Assembly (NCBI RefSeq): GCF_018350175.1
Contig: NC_058368.1
Coordinates: 109,866,001-109,930,000 of the forward strand
DNA: 64,000 nucleotides
Direction: 5' to 3'
Origin: Felis catus
Taxonomy: Eukaryota
The notes under the pieces are model-generated. The model made no database searches. It was not told the DNA's origin and saw nothing but the letters and a program-made list of their open reading frames with translations. The translations under genes were made by a program, and so were the position numbers. Of the stretch, positions 49,407-64,000 are shown in pieces. Every line of letters starts with the position of its first letter. The first letter of the stretch is position 1.

Positions 49407-51879
49407 CTATAACACAGAGGGAGGGTCCTTGTGAGGGCCCACCCAGGTAGGGGTGGGAAACCTGGAACCACCCGCACATGCTGATAAGGCCCCTCAGCAG
49501 ACAGGCTACTTCAGAGAGAGATGCCCCCAGTGTGAGAGAGGGGGGCAGGAGCAGAGCAGGGACTCCCCCTTTGGGGGAGAGGGGCAGTACAGGTATGAAT
49601 GCCTGAATCACTCCCTCCTGTGCAGGCAGGTCTGACCCAAAACTGGGTCCGCACATCACCAGCCCCTGATGGCACAGGGGGGACCACGTTGGAGCTTCTG
49701 AGAGAGGTTCCCAGAAGAGAAAGATCACTCTGCTCAGAGACCACCTCCCCTACAACTGAGAACCCCACCTTCTCAGCACCAAGGGCACCCTGGGAAGAGA
49801 GGGAGTGAGCTTTTCAGTCATGAAAATGTTAAATGGTGCAAGTATTTACTGCTTCCTTATTTTCCTTTGATGCCAGGTGCCTGGGCCCATTTGTTGGGCA
49901 TCTCTATCATAGACTGCTCACAGAGGTGTTCTATGGGAATTGGGACTCCATGGTTTATTGAAGAAAGCAGGAATCCTCTATAAATACCATTCAAAGATGC
50001 TGCTCAAGCCACTTAGATGCCTTGCAGTTAGAATGCTGGGGATCGGGTGTAGTTGCACAACGGACCTGCTGTGAGAAATCAAGAATCAGGCCCCGTGTTT
50101 TGTACACATTGGTAGTGACAGAGCATAGCTGCCTCTGTTTCCCTTTCTTCTTTTGTACCACTTGCTCTGTGGGGTTGGCAGGAGGCAGCTGCAGCCATTC
50201 TCTGCTGTGGACAGTTCCTGCTGGGCCTGTGTCAGGGAAGGGCACAGTGGCAGTGCAGAACAGAGCCGAGTGATGTCGGAGATTAGGTGGGAAGAGAGCA
50301 GTGTGGAGGTCTGCCGGAAAGCCTGCTGTGGTCAGGCTGAGCACGTGTCTATCAGCTAACACAGCCTTGGGCATGGCCAGGCCAGAGACACCATGCCCAA
50401 CAGCCTGTGTCCCCTTTCCTTCTTCATGTGCTTGTCAGCCTCCAATTTCTAGGCCATTGCCCTGAAACGTGGGTGGCCCACAGCCAGATGAGGCTGAAGG
50501 CCCACAAGGTCAAGCCCAGACCCTCTGAGCAGGGGAGGGGGGGGCTAGACTGTGAACACAGAGCTGAGACACTTTCTCTGATCTTGATAGTATGGCTGTG
50601 CTTACATGGTCCAGACTTCTGCAGCCTGAGGCTGAGGACAGTCTCTGTTGGGGCTTCGGTAACTCAACGTGGCTTGGAGTTCTGGATGCTTTTATCTTTT
50701 AAGAATAGGACTGCCTTCTGGCTCTTGCTTTTATGGGGAAACAAACAACACCTGGCCTGCCTCCTCAGGCAGGGTTGAAGTTTGAGTCTTTTCTGGATCA
50801 TGCTTCCTGGGGGGTGGAGGTGGGAGGGGGTAAGCAGAGAGGATGCCGGACAGGAATGAGGAGGGCTGTGATTTTCAGCCTTGGGGCAGCTCTAAAGTTG
50901 TCACACTGCATTAGGTTATTTTTCTGTGATTTTTTAAAATGGCCAAATGATACTTCCACGGCAAGTCCATGGGAAAACACTCCTGGTACTGGGCATGAAA
51001 ATATCAGCATTAGGAAACTGGATCATGGGAGTGTCTAGGGGAAAATGCCAGAGAATTCCAAGAAGCCATACAATCACTGCTTGATCGCAGGCCTGTCATT
51101 TTAGCTTCTAATAGAGATGGAAAATTACAGGCTGTCAGCGGTCAGTGTCATTCACGCTTCACCACTCTGACACCCTATATTCAGAGGTTACTTCATCAAA
51201 ACGCAGTACCACGGGCCATTGAACTGATGTGGGTGTGACCGCCTCATTTGTCTGACGAGTCGTGAGTTCCTTCTTGGCCTTGCATCCTGGCACGTTCCCC
51301 CGCATGTTAGTGTCCAAAAGATAATTGTCCAACTCCTTAATTTTGCTGGCTTTGTGGGCTTGCTTCAGGAGCCCACATATGGAGACGTACATATGTGGCT
51401 AGATATCAGGAAATGTCACTTGATAGTTCATGCGGAGTCCTGAAGGCTGAGCATCTCTCTAAGAGGGTAGACAAAACCAGCTGAGAAGGGAGGCTCAGCT
51501 GGGGGGTCTGGGGGTCTGGGACCGGTGGGCCAAGGAGTGATACGGAGGATTCAAGAATGTGCCAGCCAACACTGGCTGCTGAGGGAAGGGCTTCATTTAT
51601 AGAAACACCTTCATGTAGTCCAAGCAAAGTTCTGTTTAACCAGTTCCTTAGTGTTGGATATTGAGAAACAAAGTTTTTGTCCATACCCATGATCATAGCC
51701 TTTGGAAGTCAAGTTGCTGGATTCAAAAAAGCATTGTTTTGAGGCTTTTGGTTCTCCTTTCGTAATTGTGCACCCCAAGGGCTGGGCCAGTTGACATTTC
51801 CAGGAGTTTTTGCAAGTAGTGGTTTCTTTAACCCTAGCCCATAGGGATGAAGGTAGGTTTATTCAATCCGGTCCCTTTC

Positions 51880-54460
51880 TTGTTGCAGTGCCATGCCTAG
51901 ACTCTGCACTTGGGATGCTGGACGTTGTGACCTAATTCCTGATTGTAATAGTTGTGTTTGGCCATTTAGGCAAACTTTGCTCTTGGTTTTTGGGAAATAG
52001 GTTTCATTATATTTAAGAAATTGCCTTTTTGTTCGTGTTTTTAAGTATTTCATTGAGAATGTCTGCTGTATTTAATTCAGTGCTTTTTCAGGATTTATTG
52101 AAAATAATAGTTTTTTCCCCCTTTGTGTTAAGAGAATGTTGACTGATTTCCTGAGAGTGAACCAGCATCGTATTCTGGGACTTTGTTCCCTGCATTTAGA
52201 TGCACTGCTGGACTCTGTTTTTAATACCATGTTTAGAATTTTGCTTCTGTATTCCTAAGTGACATTAGCCTACAGCTTTGTTTTTTTTTACACATTTTTT
52301 AGTCAATTTTCATAATTAAAATTATACTGGCTATTTAAAACAAAGAAGCTGCACATTATCCTCCCTGTGGTCTGAGATAGTTAAATAATATTAAAAATAT
52401 ATTTTGAAGGTTTGATAAAATTCAACTGTTTTTCTGTGGTAGCTCTTCAATCTTAAAAAAAAAACCCTGTAATTATTATTCTATTATGGGCTTCTGTTAG
52501 GTCAGTGTTTACTCCTAGCGTGGGGCTTTACACTCATGACTCCGAAATCAAGAGTTGCACGCTCTACTGATGGAGCTGGCCAGGTGGCTACATTTTGTAA
52601 GCTATCACCCACTTATTTTAGGTTTTAAAATTTGCTGCCCCGGAGTTGCCATGTATTAATTATCAGTTATTTTTATCCTCCTGTATCTGCAGTAATACTC
52701 CTTTTCTCATGCCTCATTTTATATATTCGTTTTTGTTCCTTTACCAGGCTTGTGAAGGATTTCTCTGTTTCTCTTTGTTCTTTGGTTTTGTTTATATTAA
52801 TTTCATTCTTCTTCTCCTTGTCCTCATTTCTTAACACAAGTACTTCTTCAGGCTTTTAAGACCCAGACACTCCACGTCTACAGCCTTCTCTATCTCCTGT
52901 TGGTCTTGATGTAGAATGATCGCTTTACTATTGCTTTTGAGAGTGTTTCTAATTTCCCTTTTAGCTTCCTTTTTGATCCAGTAGTTATATAGGAGTGTCT
53001 TCTTATTAGGTTCTAATTGTTTCTAATTCATCAGCTAATGTTGCCTATAACATCTACTTTTACAAGATTGGTTAATATCCTTTGTGGTTACAGATAAACC
53101 TATTCGTATGTGGACGTGTGAAAAAACTGTTCTGCAGCTGAAAGGTGTATATTAAACCAAGTTGCATTGTTAATCAGTTTTCCCATGTCATTCATTCATA
53201 TCCTTTGGACAATTTAAGTGCATGTTAAATTAAGTTCTCCTTGTATTATTTTTTCAAGTAGGTTTCATGTCCAGGGCAGAGCCCAATGTGGGGCTTGAAC
53301 TCACAACCCTGAGCTTAAGACCTGAGCTGAGATCAAGAATCAGACTCTTAACTGACAAATCTACCCAGGTGCTCCAAGTTCTCCTTGTATTTTTAATTGC
53401 TCTTGTTTGAGGCCATTTAGTTAATGTTGCTTGATAACTATAGGCTACTGGAGACATAGTAGAGACATAGTATCTGTTTGCTGTTTTTAGTGCTGGTGAC
53501 CTTAAACCCTACCTTGCCTGATATGCACGAGTGGAAATATTAATATATTCTTGTTCACCTGTCCTCATTCAACCTTTTGTTCTGTTTCATGTGTGTTTTT
53601 AATTTTTTTTTAAATTTATTTATTTTTGAGACAGAGAGAGAGCAGGAACAGGGGAGGGTCAGAGAAAGAGGGAGACCCAGAATCTGAAACAGGCTCCAGG
53701 CTCTGAGCTGTCAGCACAGAGCCGGATGCGGGGCTCGAACCCACGGACCGCAAGATCATGACCTGAGCCGAAGTCGGATGCCTAACCAACCGAGCCACCC
53801 AGGCGCCCCCATGTGTGTTTCTTATAAACAAGTTAGAGTTTCCTTTGTTCCTAACAAAGTCTGATCATCACAGCTTTTAGGAGAATTCAGTTGATCACAT
53901 TTGGAATAATGAGATGCTCACTTCCCAACTACTACTTCCAAACAGCATTCTCCACACCTTCTCTTACCCCAATAAGATATTTCTAAGTATTTTTACTCCC
54001 TCCACTTTCCTCCACTCCATGCAATTATTTTTACTGAATTAATTTATCTTCGGTTATAGCCTGGCATCAGGATTTCTCTTCCAGCCTGTCTATCCTAATT
54101 CAAACATACTTATTTAGAACTTATTACACATTTGCAGAGAGCCTGTCTTCCTCCATCTTAGTTCCTCCGTGGGTTCATTCTTTACATCAGTCTCCTCTTG
54201 ATCTTTCTTCATCTGGTGTTTGTCTGGGATCCTTTCCTCAAATCTGTTGCTTAGAGGGTGCGGGTGAGTGATGCACTCTCTGAATTCTTGCACATACTGT
54301 ATCTTTCTTTTGTCCTGCCAGGTAAAGGATATCTTAGCTGGGAATAGGATTCTTGGATCTCAGCCATGTAGATGCCATAGTCTGCCAGCTCCTGTTACAG
54401 GTGAGAAATCCACTGCCACTCTCATGTTTTCTCTTTTACAGATAACCTGTGAAACCATGT
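51880..54460 (-). mobile_element. Highly decayed L1M fragments in an FSTL4 intron
   Basis: T-rich sequence with degenerate antisense ORF2 phrases, interrupted by SINEs. Confidence 0.55.
53595..53810 (-). mobile_element. Can-SINE (intronic, CpG-retaining)
   Basis: Consensus body; TSD-like CATGTGTGTTT at both ends. Confidence 0.95.
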
Positions 54461-55677
54461 GTTTTTCAACTCCTCTGCCTTGTTAAATTAGGCAGTCATT
54501 TTTGGTTTCAGCAAAAAAAAAGTTTTGGTGACCCCTCCCCCTTGAATTACCTTAGAGGCTTTGTTGGAGCTGCCAGAGGGAGGGCCAATAAAAATTACAA
54601 TTTCCCTGGGCTTAGGCTCTGCTCTGAATGACCTTTATTCAGGCTTCTAGACACTGTAATGGATGTTTTTGTCATCTCACTGGGGCCCACGTTGATGGCA
54701 TCCATCAAATGACAATAGCTTCAATTTATAGGAGATGAAGTAGTGTCTTCCCCCTGGCCCAACCGTACAGAGGTAGGCAGGCAGGTATTCCCCTGGACGA
54801 AGCCTCTGTAGACCCAGCTGTCCCTTTGCTCTTACCAGTCTTGAGAACAGGGTGAACTTGACTCCATCTGCAGCCCTTGTCAGCTGGGGTTCTGAGAGAG
54901 AATGAAACCCTAATGTGCTGAGGCATCCACTGTATGAAATGAATTAACTTCTGTGCATCTAGAATGGTTCTATGTAGATCTTTGGGACAATGCAGGCATT
55001 CAACTCACTTTTTTTTTTTTTTTTTTAGGGTTTAATTCTGTAATGCATCCCTGGATGAGAAAGGCAGAGCCAGGCACGCTCAACACAGGGGTGATGTTGA
55101 CCTTCTCTGACGGGTGGAGAGGGGGGATCCCACAGAGCTCCTGTGACCAAACTCTTTCAAAGAGGAAGCACAGTGCAGTGGCTGAGTGTTGGGCTGCAGA
55201 GCCACACTGTCTGGGTTGGGACATGGGCAAATTAGTGAACTTTGCTGTGTCCTAGCATACTGTAAGCACTCAGTAAATGTGCTTCCACTTATGGACATAA
55301 CTACTGCTCCTACTTTTCCTTCCTTACAGGCTCACATCTAGCACGTGCTTTGACACTGTTTTCCAGCCTGCCCAGCCCAAGGTGAAGAAAGTCCTCGATC
55401 AGGAGAGGTGGGGCCTGGAAGCCACATTCTGGTTTCCTGACATCAGAATCTTATCCATCATCAGTATTATCTTTTAAAGGTAGGCCTGGCTGAAGACACC
55501 TTGTGAATTGCCTGTGAGGGGCTTTGGCCCAAGGCTGTTTCCTACTTCCTACTCTCTCCTCAAACCTTGATGGATAGGTTTTGGATAAATGTGATCAGCT
55601 ACCTAGGGAAGCAAGAGACATTTATTAGACAGGATAGCGTCCTCTGTTCCTGTGGGGTGTCAGTCTCTACATGTTCA

Positions 55678-55818
<141 letters not shown>

Positions 55819-57479
55819 TCATCATTCTTATCAGCTGACACAGTGGTCATTTCTTGGCTTTGTGTAAATGGCCTTCCTGCCCAGGTGAGTGGATAGCTAA
55901 CCTAGCATCGTTGGCAGTGAGCCTGCTTGGGAAGACAGGGCACAAAGCCTCTTTCTGGGTTTGTCTTTAGAGGCATAAAACCGTTGTCAGTAATTTAATT
56001 CCTTTTATACACTTTGTGCATGTTTTACTTAAAGGGGGCCAAGACATCTTGGCAAAAGTCTAAACCCAGAGGCTTTACGTTTACCACTCAGGAATCAGCT
56101 GCAGGACCTTCCGGCCACGGCTCCTAGAAACGTTTTGGAGCCTCTAGAACCCGCAGTGTCTTTGGCTGTTCTGTTCTTTGGCTGAGATTCTGGTGAGTTG
56201 GCCCTTCCTTCTGTGTCATCTGAGACTGACTTAGAGATCATCCATTATCACCTGTCTTGTCTCTTTGCACAGCCTCTATCTGTACATCCTTTAGCTGGAG
56301 GCTCTGGGACCCAGACTGTAGGATTCAGGCATTTTTTTTTTTTTTTAACTGCTGTAACTGAAACTCTATTATCCTTGGAGAACAGAGCTTCCCCCGTGGC
56401 CCTCTCAAATGGAGACTGTTTTCTGCTTTTTATAATGTAGTTGTCTAAGTTCCAGAACTCTCCTCCATGATGCTCATACCGCTAGACTATGACCCCTGCT
56501 CTTCTTGTCATTGGTCTCCATCCTGGCCACTCCCTGTTTTCATTAAAGATGTCACCCTTCCGGGGGGAGAAACCCACCTCTACCCCCATTGGTCAAAGCT
56601 TCTCTGAAGTACTGGCTGTGGAGTCCACGATCCATTTCTCTTTAATATTCCCATCAAGTTTCTGTCTTCATCACTCCACTGACCTGTTCGAAGACCTTTG
56701 TGTCAGATAGATCACTTTGTGATCCTCCTCTTTTTTGACATGTCAGCAAGATTCCACATGGTTAACTACTCCCTTCTAGGAAGCTTCTCTTCTCTCAGCT
56801 TCCCATCTCCCTAGCTTCCCTTCCTCATTCTGATTTCAAAATGTTGGCATGTTTCAGGTCTTCATCTTTGACCACCTTCTCTGTGTCTACATCCTTTCTC
56901 TGGGTGAGTTCATCTGATTCTATGGCTTCAGATAACCTGCTGTACTGATGACTTTAGAACTCATTCCTCTGTTGATGACATCAACTTAACAACTACAAAA
57001 CCGAACTCTTAATTTTGCCACTCCATGCTGACCTCAATTTCTTCTCCATTCATTATCATCTGTGGAGTCCCCTTTCACTCTTTTGGCTCTAATTTAAAGC
57101 CCTTGGCCCCTGAAGCCTCTTCCTACATTCAAGTACTGCAGGTCCTTTGTTCATATCTCCACCTGCTCCTTTTTGTTCCCAGCATCTGCTAGCTTCCTGG
57201 TTGCTTCTCTTCATTTGCTAAAGACTCCAGGATCTGGCACTATCTTCCTGTACCCAGAGCTGCTTAACCCACCACCAATAATACCAGTTTCTTCAACTCT
57301 TTTAAAAACTCTCTTGATTATGCATTCTATTCGAGTTACCCCATTTGTCTGCCTTCTTCACAGCAAAACTTCCCTAGTGTTTGGACTGTAGCTGCCTCTC
57401 TCCTTTCTATTTACACTTCTCCAATCACATTTCACATTCTCATTCTGAGGTGGTGTGGAGTAGCAAGCGGACTGAAGAG

Positions 57480-59510
57480 CTAAACCAATCATCTCCTAAA
57501 TTCACAATAGTGTTCTGAAGTCTTAATATGCTGAGGAGCAAAGGTATAGAAGGGAAAAGATACTGAAGAACATACCAGGCTCTTAGTTAAAAATCCTGAA
57601 GGGCTAACTTCTAGGTCTAGGAATAAATCAGAAGCAGAGTAAGCCTTAAAAAATTCAGTTCAGGCTTGATTCAACTTAGCACTTGATTAGACTAAAATGA
57701 TTCATTCTCTACTCTCTCTGCCTAGCAGAGGAAGATGACAACCATCTCAAGTCTTTTTTTTTTTTTTTATATGGAGTGTCTGGCATTTAAAAAATTACTA
57801 GACATGACTACACAGACTATGTGATTAAAAACTACATATGAAAGACAATAGAAAGACCCATGGGTGACCCATAGAAATATAATTACAATTTTATATACTT
57901 AAGTAGAAATTACAAAAGTGAAAAATGCAATACCTGGAATTAAGATTTCAATAATTAGGTTCTGTTAAATCCGTATTAGACATAGCAGAAGATAGGACTA
58001 GTGAATTGAAAGACAAATTGATAGAACATACTTGAAGCACAAAGAAACTAACAAGAATGGAAAAGAGTGAATGAAACAGACATGTGGCATACAGTGGAAA
58101 GATCTAACTTTTTTTTTTTTTAACAGTTTCTAAAGAAGAGGTAAGAAAGAATTCCAATCTGATGAAAGGTATCAATCCACACAGTCAAGAACCACTAGAA
58201 CTCCCAAATCAGAATAAATACAAAGAATACCGTACGTGGGCACATCACAGTGAAACTGCTGAAGACCAAAGAGAAAATGTGAAAAGCAGTCAAAACAAAT
58301 GATACACGACCTTCAGAAGGGTGACAATAAGACTGACAGGTGACCTGTTAACAAAAACAGTGGAAGACAAGGTAACAGCATCTTAAAATGCTGAGTATAA
58401 TTTACCAAGGTAGAATTCTATATCCAGTGAAAATAGTTTTTAAAAATAAAAGGCAAATTTTTTTTTAAACAAACAGAAACTCAGGATGTGTTGCCAGCAG
58501 ATCTGCACTAAAAGAACTATTAAAGAAACTTCTTCATTTACAATGAAAATGATCCCAGACAGAACTGTGTGCTTCAGGAATGAATAAGGAGTAGTGAGAA
58601 AGTAAATATGGAGGTGAATGTAAATGACTATCAACTATACAAAATAATACTAACTCATGTCTTGTGGGGTTAAATTATATACAGAGTTAAAATTCATTCC
58701 CACAATAATGCAAAAGGCAGGAGAGGAGTTTAAGGGGTTAGTGTTGTATGGTTCTATCATTATTAGGGAAGTGAAGTAATTTGTACAGGACTATATTGAG
58801 GCAAGGATGCATGGTATAATCTCTATGGTGGTAATAATAGTAACAGAACGAAAATGTTTGACTAATCCAAAAGAAAGTAAAAAGGAGAAAAAAGCAGAAC
58901 AGTTAGGTCAAATGAGAAAACCAGAAAATGGTAGATTTAACTATATAATTGCAGTAAATATAAATGGATCAAATGATCCAAGTCAAAGATGAAGATTGTT
59001 ATACTACATAAAGGCCGAAACCCAAATACATGGAGTTTGGAAAATTATACCATGTTAACACTAATCAAAGGAAATCTGATCTGTCTATACTAGAATTAGG
59101 CAAAAATAGACTTTCAGGCAAGAAGTATTGCCAGAGATAGAGATATTTTCTAAGAACAAAGAAGTCTTTGTCCCAGGAAGTTATTACAATTTTAAAGCAA
59201 AAGTGGTAGAATTTTACATAAATCTACAATCACAGTGCTGGACTTCAACAACACCTTTCAGCAGCTGACAGACTCCGTGAACAATGAAAAAATCACTTAG
59301 AAGATCTGAACAATGCAATGAAGATACTTGACATAATTGACATATATACAGAAAACTATACCTCCCATTAGAATACACATTCTTGTAAAGTACATATGCA
59401 ACATTGACCCCATTGACCATCAGCTGGGTCATAAAGCAAGCTTCAATGAATTTTCAAGGATTGAAATGATTGTGAGTATGCTCTCTGGCCAGAAAAATCA
59501 GTAACAGAAA
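57480..59510 (+). mobile_element. Ancient L1M ORF1/ORF2-endonuclease fragment, antisense to FSTL4 in its intron
   Basis: A-rich sequence; cacatcacagtgaaactgctgaagaccaaagagaaaat (ORF1) and gacttcaacaacaccttt (GDFNTP-like). Confidence 0.75.
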
Positions 59511-60260
59511 GTCTTCTCCTGTACTGCCTAGGAGAAACCACAACCCTGCTTATATCCAAATTTCTCCCTACAAAGACCCTGCACCTGGGCATTGCTGGAA
59601 AGTAAAACACAATCCTGCTCACATTTCGTCCAGCAGTCCTCTAACAGTTCCCTGGTCAGTTCAATCTCACGTGCAACCTTCACCTTTCTCTCCAAACCTC
59701 CAGGCTTAGTGATAATTTTCAACCAGAAGAGATGTTCATCCAACTACAACCAAATGTAACTGTCACCTATTTGTAAGCATACCTGAATATTCTCTATTTT
59801 TCTCCTGTTACATCAAAGAATGTGCTTTTATCTAAAGCTAGCATCTCTACTTCTCTGCCCTGGATTCCAATGGCTCCTGCGTACTTTAATGATGCAGAAC
59901 AAAGCCAAGATGTGTGGGAGTTTTTTTTTTTTTATGTATTTTTTTAGCATTACATACATACATATATACATAGATACATACATATGCTGTAATGTCAACT
60001 AGTCTAAAAAAGTTTCTTTGGCATGTTCTTCTAGCTACTGCCTCATTTGACTCCTTTTACTCATATTTACATCAAAACTCCCCCAAATGGTTGGCTGTAT
60101 TCACTATCTCTAATACCTTAAGCTTGTATTCCATTTCATTTTATCTGCTCTTGCCAAGGTGATCCACGTGATATCAAATTGAATGGTCAGTGACATGCAA
60201 ATGGTCTCTGCTATATCTGACACCACTGACCACAAACTCTTCCTTAAGGCATTCTTCTTT

Positions 60261-61926
60261 TGGGGTGCCTGGGTGGCTCAGTCGGTTAAGCATCTGACTT
60301 TGGCTCAGGTCATGACCTCAGAGTTTGTGAGTTTGAGCCCCAAGTCAGGCTTCCTACAGAGCCTGCTTTGGATCCTCTGGCTACTCTCTCTCTGCCCCTC
60401 TCCTGCTCGCACAGCTTTCTAACCCTCTCTCTGTCTGAAAAATAAATAAACATTTAAAAAAATTCTTCTTTTGGTTTCTGGCATCCTCCCCTTGTCCCCC
60501 GCAGCCCCCAATTTTCTTCGTACCTTTCAGGCTACTCCTGCTTGGTTTCCTTGTTGGCTTCTTCTCTCCTTCCTGATCCTTAAGTGTTGGAGTGCTTCAG
60601 GGCTCCAACCTTGACCTCTTCTGTATGGATTTAGCAGTTTGTATGGTGATGATACCCACACTGACATCTCTGGCCTAGACCTCACCTTGGACTCCAGACC
60701 CGTTTATCCAATCGCTTGACATCTCTGCTTACATTTATAACAGAACTTTAAACTTAACAGACCTAAATCCAAATGCCTAATTTTCCTGTCTACCTCTTCC
60801 AGGGCATGCACCTCCTACCTGGCCCTAAATCTCTATATGGTGCATTCATTTCCTATTGCTGTGGTAACACCTTACTACAAACTCAGTAGCTTAAAACAAC
60901 ACATATTTGTTTTCTTACAGTTTTGGAGGCAGAAAGTCTGAAATTAATTTCACTGGGCTGAACAAGTATGTCGGCAAGGCAGTGCTCCTTCTAGAGGCTT
61001 GGGGAGAGAAAGCGTTTTCTGGAATTTTCCAGCCTTGAGAGCTGCATTTCTTAGCTCATGGCCCCTTCTCTTCAGAGCCAGCAGTGTGCTTTAGTCCTCA
61101 CAATGCCTTTCTCTGATAAGGATACTTCCACTTGGATTCAGGGCTCCACAGGAGAAATCCATAATGTAATTATATCTGCCGACTACCATTTGCCATATAA
61201 GGCGATGTTCCTAGGTTCTGGGGTTTAGGAAGTGGACATCTTGGGGCCATTAGTCATTCTACCACACACCATCCATGGCATCATCATTCTACAGTTTTTT
61301 TTTTTTTTTTTTTTTACTTTTTAAATATTTATTTTTGAGAGAGGCACAGAGTGTGAGTGAGGGAGGGGCAGAGAGAGAGAGACAAAGTCACAGAATGGAA
61401 GCAGGCTCCAGGCTCAGAACTGTCAGCACAGAGCCCAAAGCAAGGCTCGAACTCATGAACTGTGAGATCATGACCTGAGCAGAGGTTGGATGCTTAACCG
61501 AGTGAGCCACCCAGGGCCCATTTACAGTTTCTCAATTAAAAAAACAAAAAACAAAAACCCAAAACAGCCTGCCTCCTGTCTCTGAAAATTTATATTCAAC
61601 TCAGCAGAAATCTTTCCACATTGAAGATCTATCAAGAATCTGATCATATCTCACCATCTCCAATGCTGTCTGCACCTCTTGCCTGGATTATTTTAGTAGC
61701 CACAACTCTGCTCTGCTTTGCAGTCTGTTCTAACAGAGCCTGACTATTTTAAAATCTAAGTTTAAAATTTAAAAATCTCTTTAAAAGACTGACTCTTTAG
61801 GGGTGCCTGGGTGGCTCAGTCAGTTAAGCATCTGACTCCTCATTGTGGCTCAGGTAATGATCTCACAGTTCGTGAGATTAAGCCCGGTGTCTGGCTCTGT
61901 GCCAACAGCACGGAGCCTGCTTGGGA

Positions 61927-61968
<42 letters not shown>

Positions 61969-62705
61969 GTCCCTCCCCTGCTCATGTGGGCTCTCTAAAT
62001 AAATAAACATTTAAAAAAAGAAAGGACTGATTCTTTAAAAATATAAATCATGGGGCGCCTGGGTGGCGCAGTCGGTTAAGCGTCTGACTTCAGCCAGGTC
62101 ACCATCTCGCGGTCCGTGAGTTCGAGCCCCGTGTCGGCCTCTGGGCTGATGGCTCAGAGCCTGGAGCCTGTTTCCGATTCTGTGTCTGCCTCTCTCTCTC
62201 TGCCCCTCCCCCATTCATGCTCTGTCTCTGTCTCAAAAATAATAAAACGTTAAAAAAAATTTTTTTTTTTTTTAAATATAAATCAGAGTAGGTCATTCCC
62301 CAGATGAAAACTCTTCATGGCTTGGGCCTTGGTTTACCCCTTATCTTCATAGCACCCCGGTCTCCACCTTCTCACTATACTCTAGCCCCACTGGCCTTCC
62401 TTCCCCTCCCAGAATGGAAGTCCCACTTGACATTTATATCAGAATCTATTCATCTCCAGAGTGAGGACCAGTTTAAAAGAGTCTTGTAGGGTGTATGGGT
62501 GACTCAGTCAGTTAAACGTCTGACTTGGGCTCAGGTCATGATCTCACAGCCCCCCAGGAGTTTGTGAGTTTGAGCCCCGCGTTGGGCTCTGTGCTGACAA
62601 CTTGGAGCCTGGAACCTGCTTTGGATTCTGTGTCTCCCTCTCTTTCTGCCCCTCCCCCACTGGTGCTTTGTCTCTCAGAAATAAATGGTAATAAAATTTT
62701 AAAAG
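60261..62705. mobile_element. Five intronic Can-SINEs (60261-60462 +, 61295-61519 -, 61800-62020 +, 62052-62258 +, 62488-62705 +) among L2-like remnants
   Basis: Consensus bodies. TSDs AAA(A/G)GACTGA(C/T)TCTTTA and AAATATAAATCA. Confidence 0.9.
60841..61266 (-). mobile_element. MLT1-type (MaLR) solo LTR in an FSTL4 intron
   Basis: ttcctattgctgtggtaaca...agcttaaaacaacac...ttacagttttggaggcagaaagtctgaaat...ctaccaca. Confidence 0.8.
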
Positions 62706-62824
62706 AGTCGTCCAGTTCCTCTGTCACATTTGACCTGTAAATAGCTTTTAGAATTTATAGCTCTCTAAAATTATGATTTATGGTCTGACAGACTAGAATA
62801 TAAGTTCTAGGACTTCACTGCTCA

Positions 62825-63232
<408 letters not shown>

Positions 63233-63629
63233 TCATTCCCCCCTGCCAGGTGTGGGTTCCCTCTCCCTTAACCCTCCTCCGTCCCTCTCTTAGAATCCAC
63301 AGACATGGCACATGAGTCCTCCCATGTCACCAGCTTCACTTAACCTTCGACTTTCATCCCCTCCCACATGTGAGGCTGTAACTCCATTTGTTGGGTTTTT
63401 CATCCACAGCCTCCAGGCCTGTCTTCTTCTCTCTTGCATGTGAACCTCTCCCTCTCTGCACCCCCATCACAGAGAAAACTTCTTTCAGCGGCCAGACTTC
63501 CAAAAGAGTGACCTACTCTTTCTTCTTCCTTAGCACAAAGCCAGCAGGGCTCCCACAGAGCTCTGTACTGACTTCTTGGTTATTAAATTAAGCCTGTGCC
63601 ATCTTTTTATTTGAAGTTGGGACATCATC

Positions 63630-64000
63630 TGACAGTGTGCTATTCTGTGCTTCCTTCTCCTCCATCCCACCCCAGTGGGGGATCCTTCTCTGTTGCTTGA
63701 TCCTGCTCAGTTTGCCCATCCTGAATGTCAGAACGTACAGGGGCCACTGCACCACTTTCCCTCTCTAAAATCCACTCCCTTTGCTAATCTCATCCAAACC
63801 TATAGCATCAAATACCATCTACATGCTTACAACTCCCAAATTTCTATATTTAGTTCAACCCTCTTCTCTGAACTCCAGAATTATGCAGGCACCCACCTAG
63901 CTCTATTTGGCTGTTTGATGCATACCTCAAACTCATGAGTCCAAAATCAACTCCCAGGTTTACCTCCCAATCCTGCTCATCCCATTAACAAAATGGCAGC
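63630..64000 (+). mobile_element. L2-like remnant (similar pieces at ~56700-57050 and ~60200-60800)
   Basis: aaataccatctacatgct...actcccaaatttctatatttag...ctcttctctgaactccaga, a typical L2 3' region. Confidence 0.6.

Noticed and set aside
51373..51398. 9-bp inverted repeat CCACATATG/CATATGTGG as a pre-miRNA or structural RNA
   Set aside because: The stem is too short and does not extend; compatible with chance in 64 kb.

Overview
Mammalian genomic DNA from a feliform carnivore, probably a cat-family species, judged by the tRNA-derived Can-SINEs and carnivore L1s. The left ~40 kb is repeat-saturated with no host-gene exons recognised. It contains old L1M/L1MB fragments, MaLR/ERVL LTRs, many Can-SINEs, a full-length but frameshifted L1 (25595-31500, minus) and a processed RPL29 pseudogene with TSDs. 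The right part holds the last four coding exons of FSTL4 on the minus strand (63193-63044, 55791-55684, 49406-49297, 47331-46629). These splice GT-AG in frame to ...VWVGEV*. A long, nearly repeat-free 3' UTR follows, with candidate tandem poly(A) sites at about 46016, 44053 and 40842. I see no convincing new multi-gene system. The most interesting leads are a probable ~5.8-kb extended FSTL4 3' UTR, a hairpin masking the middle AAUAAA, a repeat-spacer-like array inside that UTR, inverted SINEs around a symmetric exon, and several informative retrotransposition junctions. Family names come from recognition by eye; no database search was run, and repeat boundaries without TSDs are approximate.
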